Notes: generated by a model not told the origin, from the sequence alone. A DNA stretch of 64,000 bases from Octopus vulgaris (GCA_951406725.2 OX597816.1:31248001-31312000); one strand, 5' to 3'; numbered from the stretch's first letter, positions 26,509 through 41,291 are shown. Numbers and translations are program-made.

Positions 26509-28169
26509 ATATATATAATGAGTATACGCATACAAGCACACAAAAATAAACATATACAAACATATATATATATATATCCAAACAAACACACACATATTAT
26601 TTGAAGCAGTTTGATACGGTTCTATGCAACCCATAGTTGGGCGAGTTTTAGCAGAAACCATTCACGTTCGGGCCCAGGTCACCAATTGAAAAATATGAGC
26701 AATGGAAAAAGCGTTTCATTGGTTGAAACTGTTTACTGGTGCTGTATGGGGCAACATCGGTAAAGCAGAGGCACCAGGACTTGAGACTGATGGCGTCATG
26801 TTGTCTGCGAGTTTACAGAAAGGATCGTGTGTCCGTGTGGTTCTGTGTGTGAGTGTATGTGCGTGCGTGCGAGTGCCTGAGTGTGTGTGTACCAATTGTA
26901 TGAACACTTGTTTATAAATGTGTAATTGGTTTTATTAGCATGCGTGTGTTTGTGTTTGTGGGGAAAAAGTGTGCGTTCGTGACTGCTATATATGCGTGCG
27001 TGCGCGAAACTTTTAGGCAGCATGTATGAGTGTGTGTGTATGTAAGTATGTACACTCTTGTATTAGTCTACAAACCTATGTGCTTGTGCGTGTTTGACTA
27101 GAAGAATAAATACGCGTGGACGTATTTTTTCCTAGTGTGAGCGTATATGAGTACATATATATTTCGACTTTTGGTATTTATGGATGTGGGTATTATATAT
27201 ATATAAGCTAGTGTGGTTGCAAGTGACTAGCATTTCGAGACCTGAATTACTGTACAATAAATCCTCGTTAGCAACATTTTAAGATAATCTGTTAATTTAT
27301 CAAATTCTTTATCTCCCAACTCATTCCAGGCGCTGTTTCTATAGCACATGCATTCAATTATTGTTAGAGTATAACGTCAAAGTAACAGAATAATACCGAG
27401 TTGCAATATCTTGCGTTCTTATTTTAATTCCTGTCATAGACATACCAAATAATTTTGTACTGACATCCTGCACGCAAGAATTAAACATTATCACGCCCGG
27501 TAAGTTTTGCTTATATATATATATGTCTACTCTATCCAGACTGACATGGGAATACAACGACAGCCTCATCATGACAGAAACTCACAGTAAGCGTGATATT
27601 GGTGTATTTACAGATATCTATTTCATAAAATACGCATTAATATATCTGTTGAACCAAATTACTTCTCCAAGAAAATAATTTAATTTTATTTTTTATCATG
27701 TTCGTCTCACATTGTTTGCTTGAGTTTTCTCTTCTCATCTTTCCACCCCTTTAAAGAAGTGACAAATACATCACAGCATCATTTCTGAATAATGTGATTA
27801 ATTCCATGTAACTTTAGCAGATATTAAAGAAAGAAATAAAACCCGCTGAGGTCATTATCACATCATTAAAATTTATTCAGTGAACTACCACTAAAATCAT
27901 CTAAAACAAAATAGCTTTGATGTTGCAGCAGTAATGTTGTAAGTATTAAAAATCGTAGGAGGGCTAGTAGTGGAAGCTGATCTTATGCAATAACACCCTC
28001 ACTTTTCCAATAAATAAATAAATATATAAACTTACATTTACGATAGAGGCAGTATTAATATGAAAGGTAATATTTATCCCCACTTGATCGTGGATGTTTT
28101 GTTGGAACAAATATCCACTGTGGTAGTTACAATGAAAGAAACTCTCATATTGGATTATGGTGTATAACG

Positions 28170-28381
28170 CACGCTTCCCGATACCGCTAGCGAGAGAAAA
28201 ATCCCCGCAATCTCCAGTGCCGCGAATACCAGAGCGATGAGAGGAGATATGTCACTGTTGTCTCTAGCAGTCGAGCGTCCATCATTGAGGAGACCAAGGA
28301 AGGTCGCAATCATGTGATCTGGTGGCCTCGGCACAGAAGAGTGCGTGGATTTTCTCCCCGCTAGCGATATAAACAAACGTG
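28170..28381. mobile_element. MITE-like element with ~25-40 bp imperfect TIRs
   Basis: cgctagcgagagaaaaatccccgca (28185) versus tgcgtggattttctccccgctagcg (28342-28366). Confidence 0.65.
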
Positions 28382-28564
28382 TTTTTCACCAAAAGCCCAA
28401 ATGAGAGTTTCTCTCATTCTATCTACAGCAGAAAAGTATTTTGTTGCAGAAAATCCCCGTTGAAGTTAGGAAAATTGCAAAAATTCATTATAAGTTCCTT
28501 TTAACTTAGAATTAAAATCTATATATACCTTAAATATCTCTTTCATAGGACTAGAGAGTGTCAA

Positions 28565-29772
28565 TCTCAACTCTCACTCTATAAAATCCATTGTCTTTCT
28601 GTCTGCCTGTCTGTCTGTTTATCTATCTGTCTCTTCCCTATGCATCCTCAAACGGATGCACGAAATCAGATGAAATTTTACAAGGTAATAGTATTAGACC
28701 CCTCGAGTACCCAACTGTCCTGTTTTCCAACTGGATTAAAGCATTATATTTCATCTAAAATAATCATTATTTTCTCAATTATAGTAAAGGACATTTTATA
28801 CCACGAAGAGGACGACACATTTTGTATATCACTGTTTATGTGTCTATGAGTGTATGTGTGTGTGTCTTTGCTCGGTCGATACGTAAATGTATGCTTGAGA
28901 TTGTCTCTCTTAGTATATGTATGTTAGAGTATGAATGTGTCAGTGTATGTGAGAGAGTATGCGTGTGTGAATGTAAGTATGATTGTCAATGGCACTGATG
29001 TAAATTGGCTATATGAAAGAGCCACCTATACTAGCCCCAACTAATGAAATGGTCAATAAATTCAATCAGGAACTTCTTCAAAATTTAACAGATACGTCAG
29101 GAACGAATTGTCCATCAATTCACGCAACAGTCAATCAAGATACAGCTGTTCAATACCCAGCTGAACTTCTGAACACACTTAAATCCACTGGGATGTCACT
29201 GCATAACTTGACAATAAAGCTGGATACTCCCATTATGTAGTTTAGGAATCTTGAGCCACATTGCCTTTGTAATGGAACTCGCTTAATTCTTACTTCCATG
29301 AAGCCCCATGTCTTACAGACAGCAATCATAACAGATAGTTACAAAAAAACATATCATTATTCCAAAATTTCCTCTCATACTTACAGATACTCCATATGAA
29401 ATTAAGAGGCTTTAGCTCTCAGTCAGGCTAAGTTTTGGTATTTCAATTAAGAAATCTCAGGGTCAATCCCTCAACATAGTTGGAATTAATCTTTCTACTA
29501 CATATTTCTTCCACGTTCATGTGTTGAAACAGCAGCAATTTATTCATTTGGACACCAATTAAAAAAATACGAAATTAATATTGTTTACTCTGAGGTGCTT
29601 CAAAATAAACAGAATTTCAGTTCTAAATATTATCGTTATAATTTGCATATTTTAAAAATAAAATATAGATATTTTGAAATAATTATAAGAAAAAAATATA
29701 ACTTCATATTTATTGTTTATTAATCTGAATAAGAACAGCAGCAACCCGTATAACGCCGAGTAATTCAGTTAG
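28565..29772 (+). mobile_element. Internally deleted Helitron with a Pif1-like helicase C-terminal relic
   Basis: ILAPTNEMVNKFN...YPAELLNTL...HNLTIKLDTPIM*FRNL...LCNGTRL...ISIKKSQGQSLNIVG; 3' hairpin acccg...ccgagt then TTAG-T (CTAG-like); 5' end approximate. Confidence 0.85.
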
Positions 29773-29884
29773 TATAACATATATTCTAAAATCATAGCCT
29801 TCAAGACACATCATATGTTTTTCAGTATTCAGCTGAGTATAAGGTTAATGAATTTCAGGGATATAACCACAAAATAAGAAGTAC

Positions 29885-30057
29885 TATCGCAATTCAAATT
29901 GTACTGATGAACAGATTTCCTGTTAGTGAATCTAGAATGATACACACAGAATTATCCAAGGGATGGTACTAGTAAATAACAAGCATTATCGCAATTCATA
30001 TCGTACTGATAAGCTGATTTCCTCTTGGTGAATCCAGAATGATACACATAAAATATC
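29885..30057. repeat. Two diverged direct copies of ~72 bp (period 102)
   Basis: tatcgcaattca...gtactgat...gatttcct...gtgaatc.agaatgatacaca occurs twice. Confidence 0.85.
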
Positions 30058-32331
30058 TGATGTTGATTCAAAGCACAAATATAAGCTCTTGCGCTGAAAA
30101 CATTAAAAATGATTTGTGGATATTTTCATATCATACTCAGAAAATTGTTTAGAATATATGTCTGATGCTTGTAGAAAGAAAAACTCGATTTTAAAAATAA
30201 AACTGTCAACTTAATTAGTTTACTTACATCAACTATTGCCTTTTTGAATATAGACGTTTTGCTGATGATATAGCACTCCCATCGTATTTTGTTAATTGAA
30301 AAAAATACACACTCTGCGTGTTTTCAATAGTGGTGAGTAGATTTCATGTTAGATATTTTAAAATATTCTCTATCTTCTGAAATTGATAAGTTTAAATTTT
30401 GATTTCAAAATTGGGTAAAAAAAGGAAAAAAAGATCTGCTAGGACTAAGTTTTGTGGGTAAAAGAAAGAGATCTGCTAGTACCAAATGTTGGAGATAAAA
30501 ATACCCCATTGCCAAAGGGCTTTGGATGAGAGTGACACGGCACGGGAGTAGTTGCATTGCTCTGATGCAGTGTTTTGCTGTGGGAACTATGTTTCAGGAC
30601 CTTCGAAGAGTGGATTTTTTTTCGATTTTGTAAGGGTATGTCAATGATTCTTCCAATTATGACAACATGACCCTCCCAATTTTCCTAACATACTGAAAAT
30701 TAACTAACATATTTAACCTTGACATTTTAGTTCATATATTTATGCGTAGACGAGCCTTGTAGGGCATCGTGGTAAGTCATCCACATATTGAAACATCTAG
30801 ATTTACTGTCCAATATGAAACGCCAGTACTGCAACACCTTTGCGTATAAGTAAAACTTTCTTGTAAGTCTTTTGTAGAATCGGACAAGAGACTGTACATG
30901 TGTTCTCACTTTGACAACTTTATTTACCGTCAAAGCGTTACTTTTTCATACTCTCCACTGTGACAAAGTACCAAGAGTAGCATCTAAATATTTCGTCCTC
31001 AGTGTGTAAATCATTGGCTGTCCGACGTGACTTCATTTGACCACTACTAGCCTGTTTGTTAAGCTCTCAGATTATGTATTACATCAAACACAATCACAAT
31101 GCGGTGAATGTTTGGTGCACTTTTAAAAGCTTGGTTTCTGTTTTTGCAGATGACGTATGCATCCTTTATTTTTATTCTCATTATAATGTTTATATTACAC
31201 ATCTCCAACTACAGTGATACGTAATATGAATAATAGCAATATTTGCATTACTAGAGTAAATAATTTTGAATATTAAGAGCCTGACTGTAAACAACACGCC
31301 TACTCCATTGTTGGGAAAATAAGTGATATCAATGCAGAAAGTATATCTAAGGAAACTGAATAAACAGACTATAAATCAGAATAATACATGTCTTAGGGCT
31401 GGAACAGACTTACGGCTTCAGACATATTGCACATTGGATGTAACATCTTGTTAATGCTTGGTATTAATGTTTTTTCATACATGCTGGTTACTAGCTGCTC
31501 ATAATAACAAGGCAGTGGTTCAATGAAGACCAAATTTAGATAAAATGATAATTTCCAAGTAAAGATAGTAAAGAGATGGTATTTATAGGAAAATAATTGT
31601 TACTTAAATTAATTAATTTGAGCAATACCACATGTTTTGCATCACTTATAGAGAAGTTACATCCGTTAAATTCCAGAGTCGAACAATTCGCTGTGAGTTA
31701 ATATCGGTAGACAAAAAATTTAAGTAGTGCTTCTTGATAGATTGTACCTCTAATTGAAAAGTCCAGCATTATCAGACATTCTACCACGCTAATTGTTCCT
31801 TAGCATAAGAGTACAGGTTCCTTAGCATACGATTACAATTATACGTTAATAGTTGACATATCTTTGGAATTTTCAGGCACGTAAACGTTAATTTAGAAGC
31901 TCAGAATTCCTTTGATTGAACAGTTGCATCTTTCTCGTTGATCTACCATCTGTGTTGGTGTAAATAAATATGTATATGCATATATCACGGTCTTCCAAAA
32001 GCATATGTAGCAAATCTCTTTGAAGCAACACATTACCCATTTAGAATGTGAGAATGGACAGACTGCGTACAGAAAAGGGACAGGAATATCACACCTGATT
32101 CGCTATGTGATTTTATATATATATAAACAACTATAAATTTTTTTTTGTGGGGTTGGGTGGGAATTATTTTATAAACGCTGTGAAACACATATATCCATTT
32201 GATATATTAAGTATGTGATTTAAGAAGACCATCGGACTCACATTTTATCTTTATATTTCCTTGACATATACACACACACACATATATATATATGTGTGTG
32301 TGAGTGTGTGTGTATGTATGTGTGTGTGCGC

Positions 32332-32370
<39 letters not shown>

Positions 32371-32374
32371 TATA

Positions 32375-32677
32375 TCACGTGATCACGTGACCGACCAGAC
32401 CATCAGATGTTGCCACACATCGCTGGTCACAATGCGTTCGCATTGTTTTAGGCTTCGAATGACGCCACCCCGCTGGCTGAGCGAGCAGGCCAACAGAAGA
32501 AAGAGTGAGAGAAAGAGTGGTGAAGGAGTACAGCAGGGATCACCCCCCACCCTGCCGGAGACTCGTGGAGCTTTTAGGTGTTTTCGCTCAATAAACACAC
32601 ACAACGCCCGTCTGGGAATTGAAACTGCGATCCTACGACAGCGAGTCCGCTGCCCTAACCACTGGGCCATTGCACCT

Positions 32678-32679
<2 letters not shown>
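32375..32679 (-). mobile_element. Full-length tRNA-derived SINE family C within a (TA)/(CA) microsatellite
   Basis: Head ggaggtgcaatggcccagtggttagggcagcggactc...gtttcaattccc (boxes A and B); 3' end tcacgtgatcacgtga. Confidence 0.9.
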
Positions 32680-32727
<48 letters not shown>

Positions 32728-33509
32728 CTATATAATTATATTTTCAAATGAAATATTTACCGATAAACGATGACACATCCACCATTTCACCGTTACACAA
32801 TGGTGAAGGAATGATCTCACGGGAAATCGCATTTCGCATTTGTGCAAACGAATTTTCATTTGTTTAATTATTTATTTTTTTAGGTATCTCATCCAAGGTG
32901 ATTCATTCCGGTAATTTCCTTGTTATAATATCTGATATAATTTCAAAGTAAACGATTTGCCTGTGATATGACATAACTTTTCAAATAACTTTCTGGCCTT
33001 CATATATTTACGCTCAAACTGACTTAAATGTTCTGAACAATGTAGCGTTTAAAGCATTACAACGTTTGCTTTCACCTCAAGAAATTTAGGCAACATTTAA
33101 GGACAACAACTGACGTGCAATTACTTCCCAAAATATAATACAGGCTACAAAGTTGGTGATCACTGATCAGGAACAATGAGAATGGAATAACAAAATATGG
33201 AATTCGTTATGGAAGTAAAAAGAAAATAAGCAAAATTCGTATGCAGATGTGAAGTTATAGGCATCAACAAATTTATGTATAGCGCATGAGGCAAAAACTG
33301 ATGTACTGCAACCATAAACTATATTCATGCGTAGCTTCAGTTGACAATTTATGTGATATTTCCGTTGGTGGAGCATATTTTATGCCCGTCATATTAGGGA
33401 AGAAACCTCGCTAAACTTTAAAACGAAGCATGATGAGGTATCGTTTATCGCATGGGACACGCACGCTTATCTACACAGAAATAATGTATAAAGGCATACA
33501 TGTGTATTT

Positions 33510-33564
<55 letters not shown>

Positions 33565-34099
33565 CGGAGAGATAGAGTGAGAGAGAGAGAGAGAGAGTGC
33601 GAGAGGTTAAATTACTCGCAGAAACATGCAAAAAGAACACACGTAACATATAATACATCGAAATATATTTGGGGGACCTGAAAATACGCATAGTAGCGAT
33701 ATTAAAATATAAGCCGCGTTATTTTCCTTTCCATTGAGACCCCAAAATACCGGAATGCTTTGATGTGGAAATATGCTGGCCACTTTAGATCACATGTGAT
33801 AAAAATAAATATATGACAGGAAGATATTTAATGTTATTTACTTGATAAACTAAAATCAGAAACCAATCGGTTCAGGAAACATGATGGTAAAATGTTTTTA
33901 TTTTTTCATTTCGTTCCTGTCGAATTTTATCCTATTTTGTGTATTTCCCTCTCCCTATATATGTGTATTTATGCACGTGTGTTTGTGTGTGTGTGTGTGC
34001 GCATGGATACAATCGTTTTCTTAAGATCGTCACTAGACAAAGACAAGGTTGTCTCCTGTTACCAATGTTGTTTCTGATGTTCATCGATTTTCTTATCTA

Positions 34100-34475
34100 A
34101 AGATCAATCGTAAGACCGACTGTAGCCATACCACGGATGGCGAGGGACCGACTAACGGACTTGGATTTTGCTGATAACATTGCGCTGTTGGCCGAGAATC
34201 GCCCACCGTTGCATGCAAGGAACCTGCATGCACTTGTAGCCCAACGGCAAATGTCAAAGGCAGTATACTAAGACTGCCACAGGAGAGTCTTGCCGAAACA
34301 GCCATGGGCTGGGTGCTACTGGTAGGTAAGAGAAAAAGAAACATTATTTAGGAATATGATTACCGGTTGGCCAGAAACAGGGATAATTGGCGATCACTGA
34401 CTACCCGATGTGTTACACAACAGCACCAGCTTAACTAAGGAGGAGAAGAAGAAATAGAAGAACAAGACGAAGAAC
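34100..34475 (+). mobile_element. Internally deleted RTE-clade LINE fragment
   Basis: RLTDLDFADNIALLAE (RT YADD motif) joined to ILRLPQESLAETAMGW...GKRKR...LARNRDNWRSL, followed by a (GAA)-rich tail. Confidence 0.75.
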
Positions 34476-34508
<33 letters not shown>

Positions 34509-34553
34509 TACATATATAAATAATATATAAATATATGCATATATACATACATG

Positions 34554-34612
<59 letters not shown>

Positions 34613-34919
34613 GCATATATGGGTACAAGACATCAAAAAAACGTTGAACACAATGAGGAACGAAGACATAAAAACAAAAACATAGAAACGAACTTTTTTC
34701 GAACAACGAAAAAAACAGGGAAACGAAACATACAACATAAAAAATATTTTCCTTCTTCAGTTGTCTCTGTTTAATCTACTCCACGTTCGAAGGCAAAGAC
34801 AAGACGCGACTTAGTTGAAACATTTCTTCCCGCAAAACAAATTAAATAAAATTTGGAGTCTTTTGCGGAGGGTGAAAGTGGTAAAAAGAACAGGACATTG
34901 AGAACAAAATATATAAATA

Positions 34920-34984
<65 letters not shown>

Positions 34985-35050
34985 GTGTGTGTGTGTGTGT
35001 GTGTCTGTGTGTGTCTGTGTGTATATATATACACACACACACATTCACAC
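34476..35050. repeat. (TA)n/(TG)n arrays enclosing a ~290-bp unclassified insert (34621-34908)
   Basis: Seen directly. Confidence 0.85.
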
Positions 35051-35694
35051 ACGTATTTAGTAGTACAGAAGTATTCAAATATTCTACTTGTTCTTAACTT
35101 TTCGATCTAGAGAAATATATCTTCAATAAATTAGCATGCAATGGCTACATAATTTACAGACTCGTGTACCCATAATAGATTTGTAAGGAGACATGAGGGA
35201 CATGCACGCCTGACGAATATGGACAAACGAAATAGAGGAAATTGCATCGAGTGCGCTTCCATATCATTTCAGCCTAGAGAATTTCTGTGACCAGCTGTAC
35301 CTCTCAAATGTTCTATGAAAATCTGCCGCACAATATCGCTCACATTGAGACATGAAACACATTTTGTGCAACTCATTTCTTAAACATGCGTATATACCAC
35401 GTTTCCTCCTCCTTTCTCTCTTTCACACTAACTTTCTTTCTGCAAAAATGTGAGTGAATATACATTCATACATATATACATACATACATAAATACATGCG
35501 TATATGTAAATTCCATACCTATCGCAATCTGTTATTAAGAGATCCACGTTTCTGCAGATCGGACAGTAGTGATCAACTAAGTTAAGAATTATGATGGTAA
35601 ATTTTGAGGCAATAAAATGTCATTGCAATTCAACGAACCAGCAACTGAATTAAAAAGTACATTATTCTACGTTTCGCATTAGAGTACTATTTTC

Positions 35695-35698
35695 TATA

Positions 35699-35774
<76 letters not shown>

Positions 35775-35855
35775 CATATATGACGGGCTTCTTTCAATTT
35801 CTATCTACGAAATCAACGGACATGGATTTGGTTCACCCGAGGCTATGTTAGAGGA
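35695..35855 (-). mobile_element. (TA)n followed by a SINE family A fragment
   Basis: gacgggcttctttcaatttc...ccgaggctatgttagaggac. Confidence 0.65.
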
Positions 35856-35879
35856 CGGTACGGTGACTCAGGTGTGGTG

Positions 35880-36245
35880 TCGGAAATTGTGCGCCTGTAA
35901 ATTCATATCTCAATATGAAATAGTTTTGTAACTATGTGATGATGCGCACTTCAATGTTTGGAACAGGCTCGTGTACTGCACAGTCTGATGCCGTGTGCAT
36001 AATATTTCTGAAATTCTAAATATTGTGCAAACTGTACCACCCTTTCCTTCACAAAATTCTTTGTACTTGCGCAATATCTAAGTAAATATCTTTGGAATAA
36101 TGTATTTACTAGGAAATCGATCATGAGATTCTACTGATATTGGGTATCATATGACCACCACTCAAGTATTGCTGCATACTTGTTCATTTTAATGATCAGA
36201 TCTTCAGAGTCTAAGCACATAACATGTGATACTACCATTCTGCAA
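35880..36245 (-). mobile_element. Possible highly decayed RTE RT fragment
   Basis: DSEDLIIKMNKYAA and downstream relics resemble the RTE segment after YADD; weak. Confidence 0.3.
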
Positions 36246-36309
36246 AAAAGTTGATTGAGCACTTGACTGCTTTAACATCATGTATCCCTCTAATAATCTT
36301 CCTGATCCA

Positions 36310-36599
<290 letters not shown>

Positions 36600-36992
36600 A
36601 GATAGCGATACAGAAAGAGAGTGAGAGACACATGTATGTATGTCTGTGTGGGTTTTTACATCTATTCGCATGCATATATTTATATGTATGTAAATATACA
36701 TGTATAGTGTGAGAATTTGTGTATATTTAACTTGACACCTAATATTGTGCTCTATATGTGTTCTGGATACGTGTATGTGTGTGCGTGTGTGTGTGTGTGT
36801 GTTTCCACTGAGGAAAACGTTTCCGTATATGTACAATGCGTTTTTACGCAGTGTGTGCATACAGTCATAATGCTTATTGAAAAATGGCAGATGATGCAAA
36901 CTAATGTGTGAGGACCATAATATCCAAATGTAAGTACTGTATTCCGAAGAGAAGCAGTACACCAGATACTTACTACATGTATCATTTGTATC

Positions 36993-37345
36993 CAGGGTTG
37001 GTGTGAGACCCATCGAGGCCATAAGCACTACAAAGATTTTGGGGCCCCTATGAAAGATTATTTAATTTAAAATATGAATAATAGCAAACCATGAAATGAA
37101 TTTTTACTTTTCAAAACAAGCAAAACAATAAAAAAAAGCAAGAGGGAAAATATTGTTTATTTATTCTTTTTTGTATATTTTCACTTTATTTATATTTGAA
37201 AAGTTTCCTCCTACATTTTTGAATCTCATTGTCTTTGATCAGATCCTCAAAATTTATCTCAGGTAAGGCATCTGAATCTATACTCAATACAGATAAAGGT
37301 ATCCCGAATATTATTTTAGCAATTTGAAAATGAATTATTTTGTGC
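36993..37345 (-). mobile_element. hAT transposon 3' end (dimerisation-domain relic plus terminus)
   Basis: Minus strand reads LSVLSIDSDALPEINFEDLIKDNEIQKCRRKLF; terminus cagggttgg...gaggccataagcact...ggggcccc is hAT-like. Confidence 0.7.
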
Positions 37346-37599
37346 TGCAACTCATTTAATACTTCTGTGTTGTCCCCTTCTTCCCTTAATTGGAAGCATG
37401 TTCTTATTTTGCTTAATGGTTAATCCAGCGCTGTTTGTACCTATTTAACTCGGTTGGGGGTTGAAAGGAGATCGAAGTCAACCCACAATAATTATATACT
37501 TAGATACAGCCAAATATATAAAGTGAGAGAAGCAGTCACACAGAAAGGGTGAGATATAAGCATATATTTGTAAATACATACTTTTATTCATTAGCTATA

Positions 37600-37656
<57 letters not shown>

Positions 37657-37693
37657 TTGCATTCATATATATGTGTGAGTGCATGGTGCATGT

Positions 37694-37731
<38 letters not shown>

Positions 37732-39794
37732 TATATATATATATATATGCACGTATATATTTATAATCTTATACACCTCCCCTCCCTAAAACACTTTTCC
37801 CTCAATATTTTGCATATTCGGCATTTACATGATATAACACATATTCTTAGAACATATCATCAAAAATATCCATTTTTCTGAATGTTATGATCATCCAAAA
37901 TCGGGGGAGGGGAACAGAAATTTTTAGTTATGCCGCATGTGCAAGAACGACAGGAAATGTTAATTCATAATAAGAACGGCTGCATTTAACTTCTAAAATC
38001 ATATGTAAAATGCATGTACGTGTACATTATTATATATACAGCAATGTAGGTTAAAGATCCAAGTATATTTAAAAGGACAACAAGAAAATTTTGAGTGTAT
38101 TTCAAAACTTTCATTTCATAGCTCCTTTCGTAAATAAGAAAACATCACCTAATGAGAACTAATGATATCAAAAATTATTTTGAAATACAAATTACAAGTT
38201 GAAACTTCGCACCCATTAACTGAAAGAAATTTGCGTTATCACGTACATTTTATTGACAGAGTAAAATGTTACGAAACTTTGCATCTACGAAGGCTTTTAG
38301 AAGGCACATATGACAGGCATAGCATTGTCAGTCGCATCTCGGCTTGGCTGCTTCATGAAAGTATAACAATGCTTGGATTAACGCTTAAGATTTCATAATT
38401 GAGAAGGTATTGGAGTTAATTACAATTAATATAGTTGGGAAATCTTATATATAAATCTAGGTCGTATTATAGTCCAGATTTTAAAGAAAATTCCGCACGT
38501 TATTCATTCGGTGTCTGATAATGATATTGGTTTTTAAAATATTTGTTTTTGCTCCTAGAATACTTAGATAAAAAAAAATCATGCATATCAGACTCCCTAG
38601 GATATGTTTGACGCCAAAATCCTTTGCTTTCTTAATTTACTCGATACATGTGATTACTGTAAATATAAATATCACCAGTTATTGTATATAATGCATTTAT
38701 ATTTGCCAACAGAATAACTACTAAGAAACTATGATGAAGTTGATATAATTTTTCATCGAGAATTGTTCTTCCACGTGAAGTCTGCACTAGACTACCAAGG
38801 ATGAATAACCTAAATGACCTGTATACACAATTAACTGTCAAGTTTTAGGCGTATCGATTTTATTCTGCTACTGAGAAGAGTTTAATGTTAATGCAAATTA
38901 CTACAATGGAAACTTGTGCAGAAACCAATATCAAGGGTTATTAGAGATTTGACAATTAAACCGAATAATTCAGAATTCAGAAACCTAAAGCTTGGTTCAC
39001 AACCTAGAGATATCGATAATTACTCGCGTAAACGGGTTCGGAAACCGTGAAAATTCTAACAGTTTAAGGATGACAAAATTAGCCCTTTTATGTGTGGAAA
39101 TAGCATGTATGGGTTGAAAAATAGCCAAAATAAGGTATCAGGAATAATTTTTAATGATATTACTATCAATATTAACAGGGTTCTTATGGAAATTTTAGCA
39201 ACACTGGTAAAATTAATGAAATAAACACATAGAATAGATACATGTATAGGGTAGTTATGAAAATTAACACAATCATCAAAAAATATTCCTTAGTTTAAAA
39301 TATATTTAGCTACTTTGATTATATTGTTTTACCTGCTTCCAATAACTGAGAAATATGAGAAACTTAACTTTGTATAATGGAGTATTTACTCCATAGGCAA
39401 CACCAAAAGAAAGTGCAAATATATTTTTGAGAATACATATGTATTACTTCCTCGATAACTATACATTAATACTATACAGTGAAACTTTCCTATAGAAACA
39501 GCTCAATCCCTATTACAATAGTAGGAATATAAACTAGTAATAAACACAGCAACAGCCATTGAACGAAGGCGCTAGTTGAGGTGGATTTAGGAACTACTGC
39601 GTTAGAGAAAAGTAATGTTATGCGCATGTTTACGAATGCAAATTATTTTGATGAAGCAGAGGTGATTAGTGGGAATAACCACATAAGTAAGGAAAACATA
39701 AACAGACGGCGAAGTAAGAACTTGATCAGAGGTTATTTTAATAAGAACGAAAATACAGCCCAGGATAGATAAAAAATAACATAGATTCTTTAAT

Positions 39795-39945
39795 GCATGT
39801 AGCTGTAAGTGGCTTGTTTACGAACGACATGTTTTCCGGGTTCACTTCCGCTGCGTGGCATGTTGGGCAAGTGTCTTCTACTAGAGCTTCGGGCCGACCA
39901 AAGCCTTGTGAGTGGATTTCGTATACGGAAATTGAAAGAAGCGCA
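39795..39945 (+). mobile_element. SINE family A, 5' half
   Basis: ccgggttcacttccgctgcgtggcatgttgggcaagtgtcttctactagagc...aaagccttgtgagtggattt. Confidence 0.85.
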
Positions 39946-39959
39946 GGATACTAACAATC

Positions 39960-40476
39960 ATGAATGATTGAATATTGAATTTTGAGATACTAGAAGGCAC
40001 CAACTCCACTCAGTATCAGAGCGAGCTAGAAGCCACAGCTAGTATCACCAAATTCAAAGTATGAATGAAAGCTTGTGTCACCAGTCCCTTCCCAGAAGAA
40101 GTCTGGGTAAAGTAGAGTTATCTAATTCTTATGATTTCTTAAGACTTGATCTCGAAACGTACGTCCGTAGGTGACTTAAAACTGTATGATAGATTGCCGT
40201 TAATTCATTCTCTTTTACCTGTTTGTGTTTGCCTTTCAAATGCTGTGCCTTTACTGTGATCTCCTCGAATGAGCTTTTACATGCCGAGTAGAAGAAATAG
40301 CTATAATCTCTTTGACTGCTATTTCTAAATTCGGTGTGTGGTAAGGCAATTCGTTGCTAAACCCTTAATTGCTTAGTATTACTTAAATTTTCCTCGAATG
40401 AGGCTTTTACATGCCGAAGACTACTTGGTGTAATTGATAATTGTTCCAAATTAATTAATTTCACCCTTCATTGTTA

Positions 40477-40479
<3 letters not shown>
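39960..40479 (+). mobile_element. Penelope-like non-coding element with a 5' fold-back, a degenerate HHR and a tandemly repeated 3' segment
   Basis: IR 39975-39993/40039-40057; cagaaga...GAAAC-GTAC-GTC (40093-40165); direct repeat tcctcgaatgag.cttttacatgccga at 40262 and 40391; 3' end shared with 60870-60945; ends in (TA)n. Confidence 0.6.
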
Positions 40480-40567
<88 letters not shown>

Positions 40568-41291
40568 ATATCAGTCGATGAAGAGATATTTTTGACAAAA
40601 TTCAAAATATACAGTCTATAAGTCTATGTATTATATTATGGAGGAATTAGTTTTTCTATTATATATATAAAGAGACTAGACAATGTTGAATAAGAAAAAT
40701 ACCTTCGAAAGTTGTATTCTAATAATTTCTTTTATTTTTCTCCATTTTACGAATATACAAACTCTTAAAAGATTGTAATAAATAATTCAAAATTGTCTCT
40801 CTACTTCGACGTTATTTTTTTTTTCCATAAACTTTATATGATGGAAAAATTACTGCAACAGCTTTAGGCGCACGTATGTTGAAGTATCAATGATATTGTT
40901 TTCTCAGTTTATTTCACATATATACTCAGGTATATGAAATGACATATACTTATCGATACATACACGCTCACATACACACACAGAAACAAACATGTATATA
41001 CACACATACACACAAACACACGCACACATATGTACTGTAAACTTTAACATTTTCATTTAGTTAGATATGAAACTTAAGAAAATTTCTGTTTGACATCAGT
41101 TCTAGTCGTTCTATCAGTTATGAGGCCAAAGAATTAAAGTACTTTAAAACAAACTAATTTTAAAACTTAATTTTCTATAATTTTCTACAGTTCTATATTT
41201 AAGAGATGAAGAATTATGTACATTATTTACATTATATACAGTTGAAGAATATTTGCCTTCAGTTATGGCTCAATTGATTATTAGTTGATAC

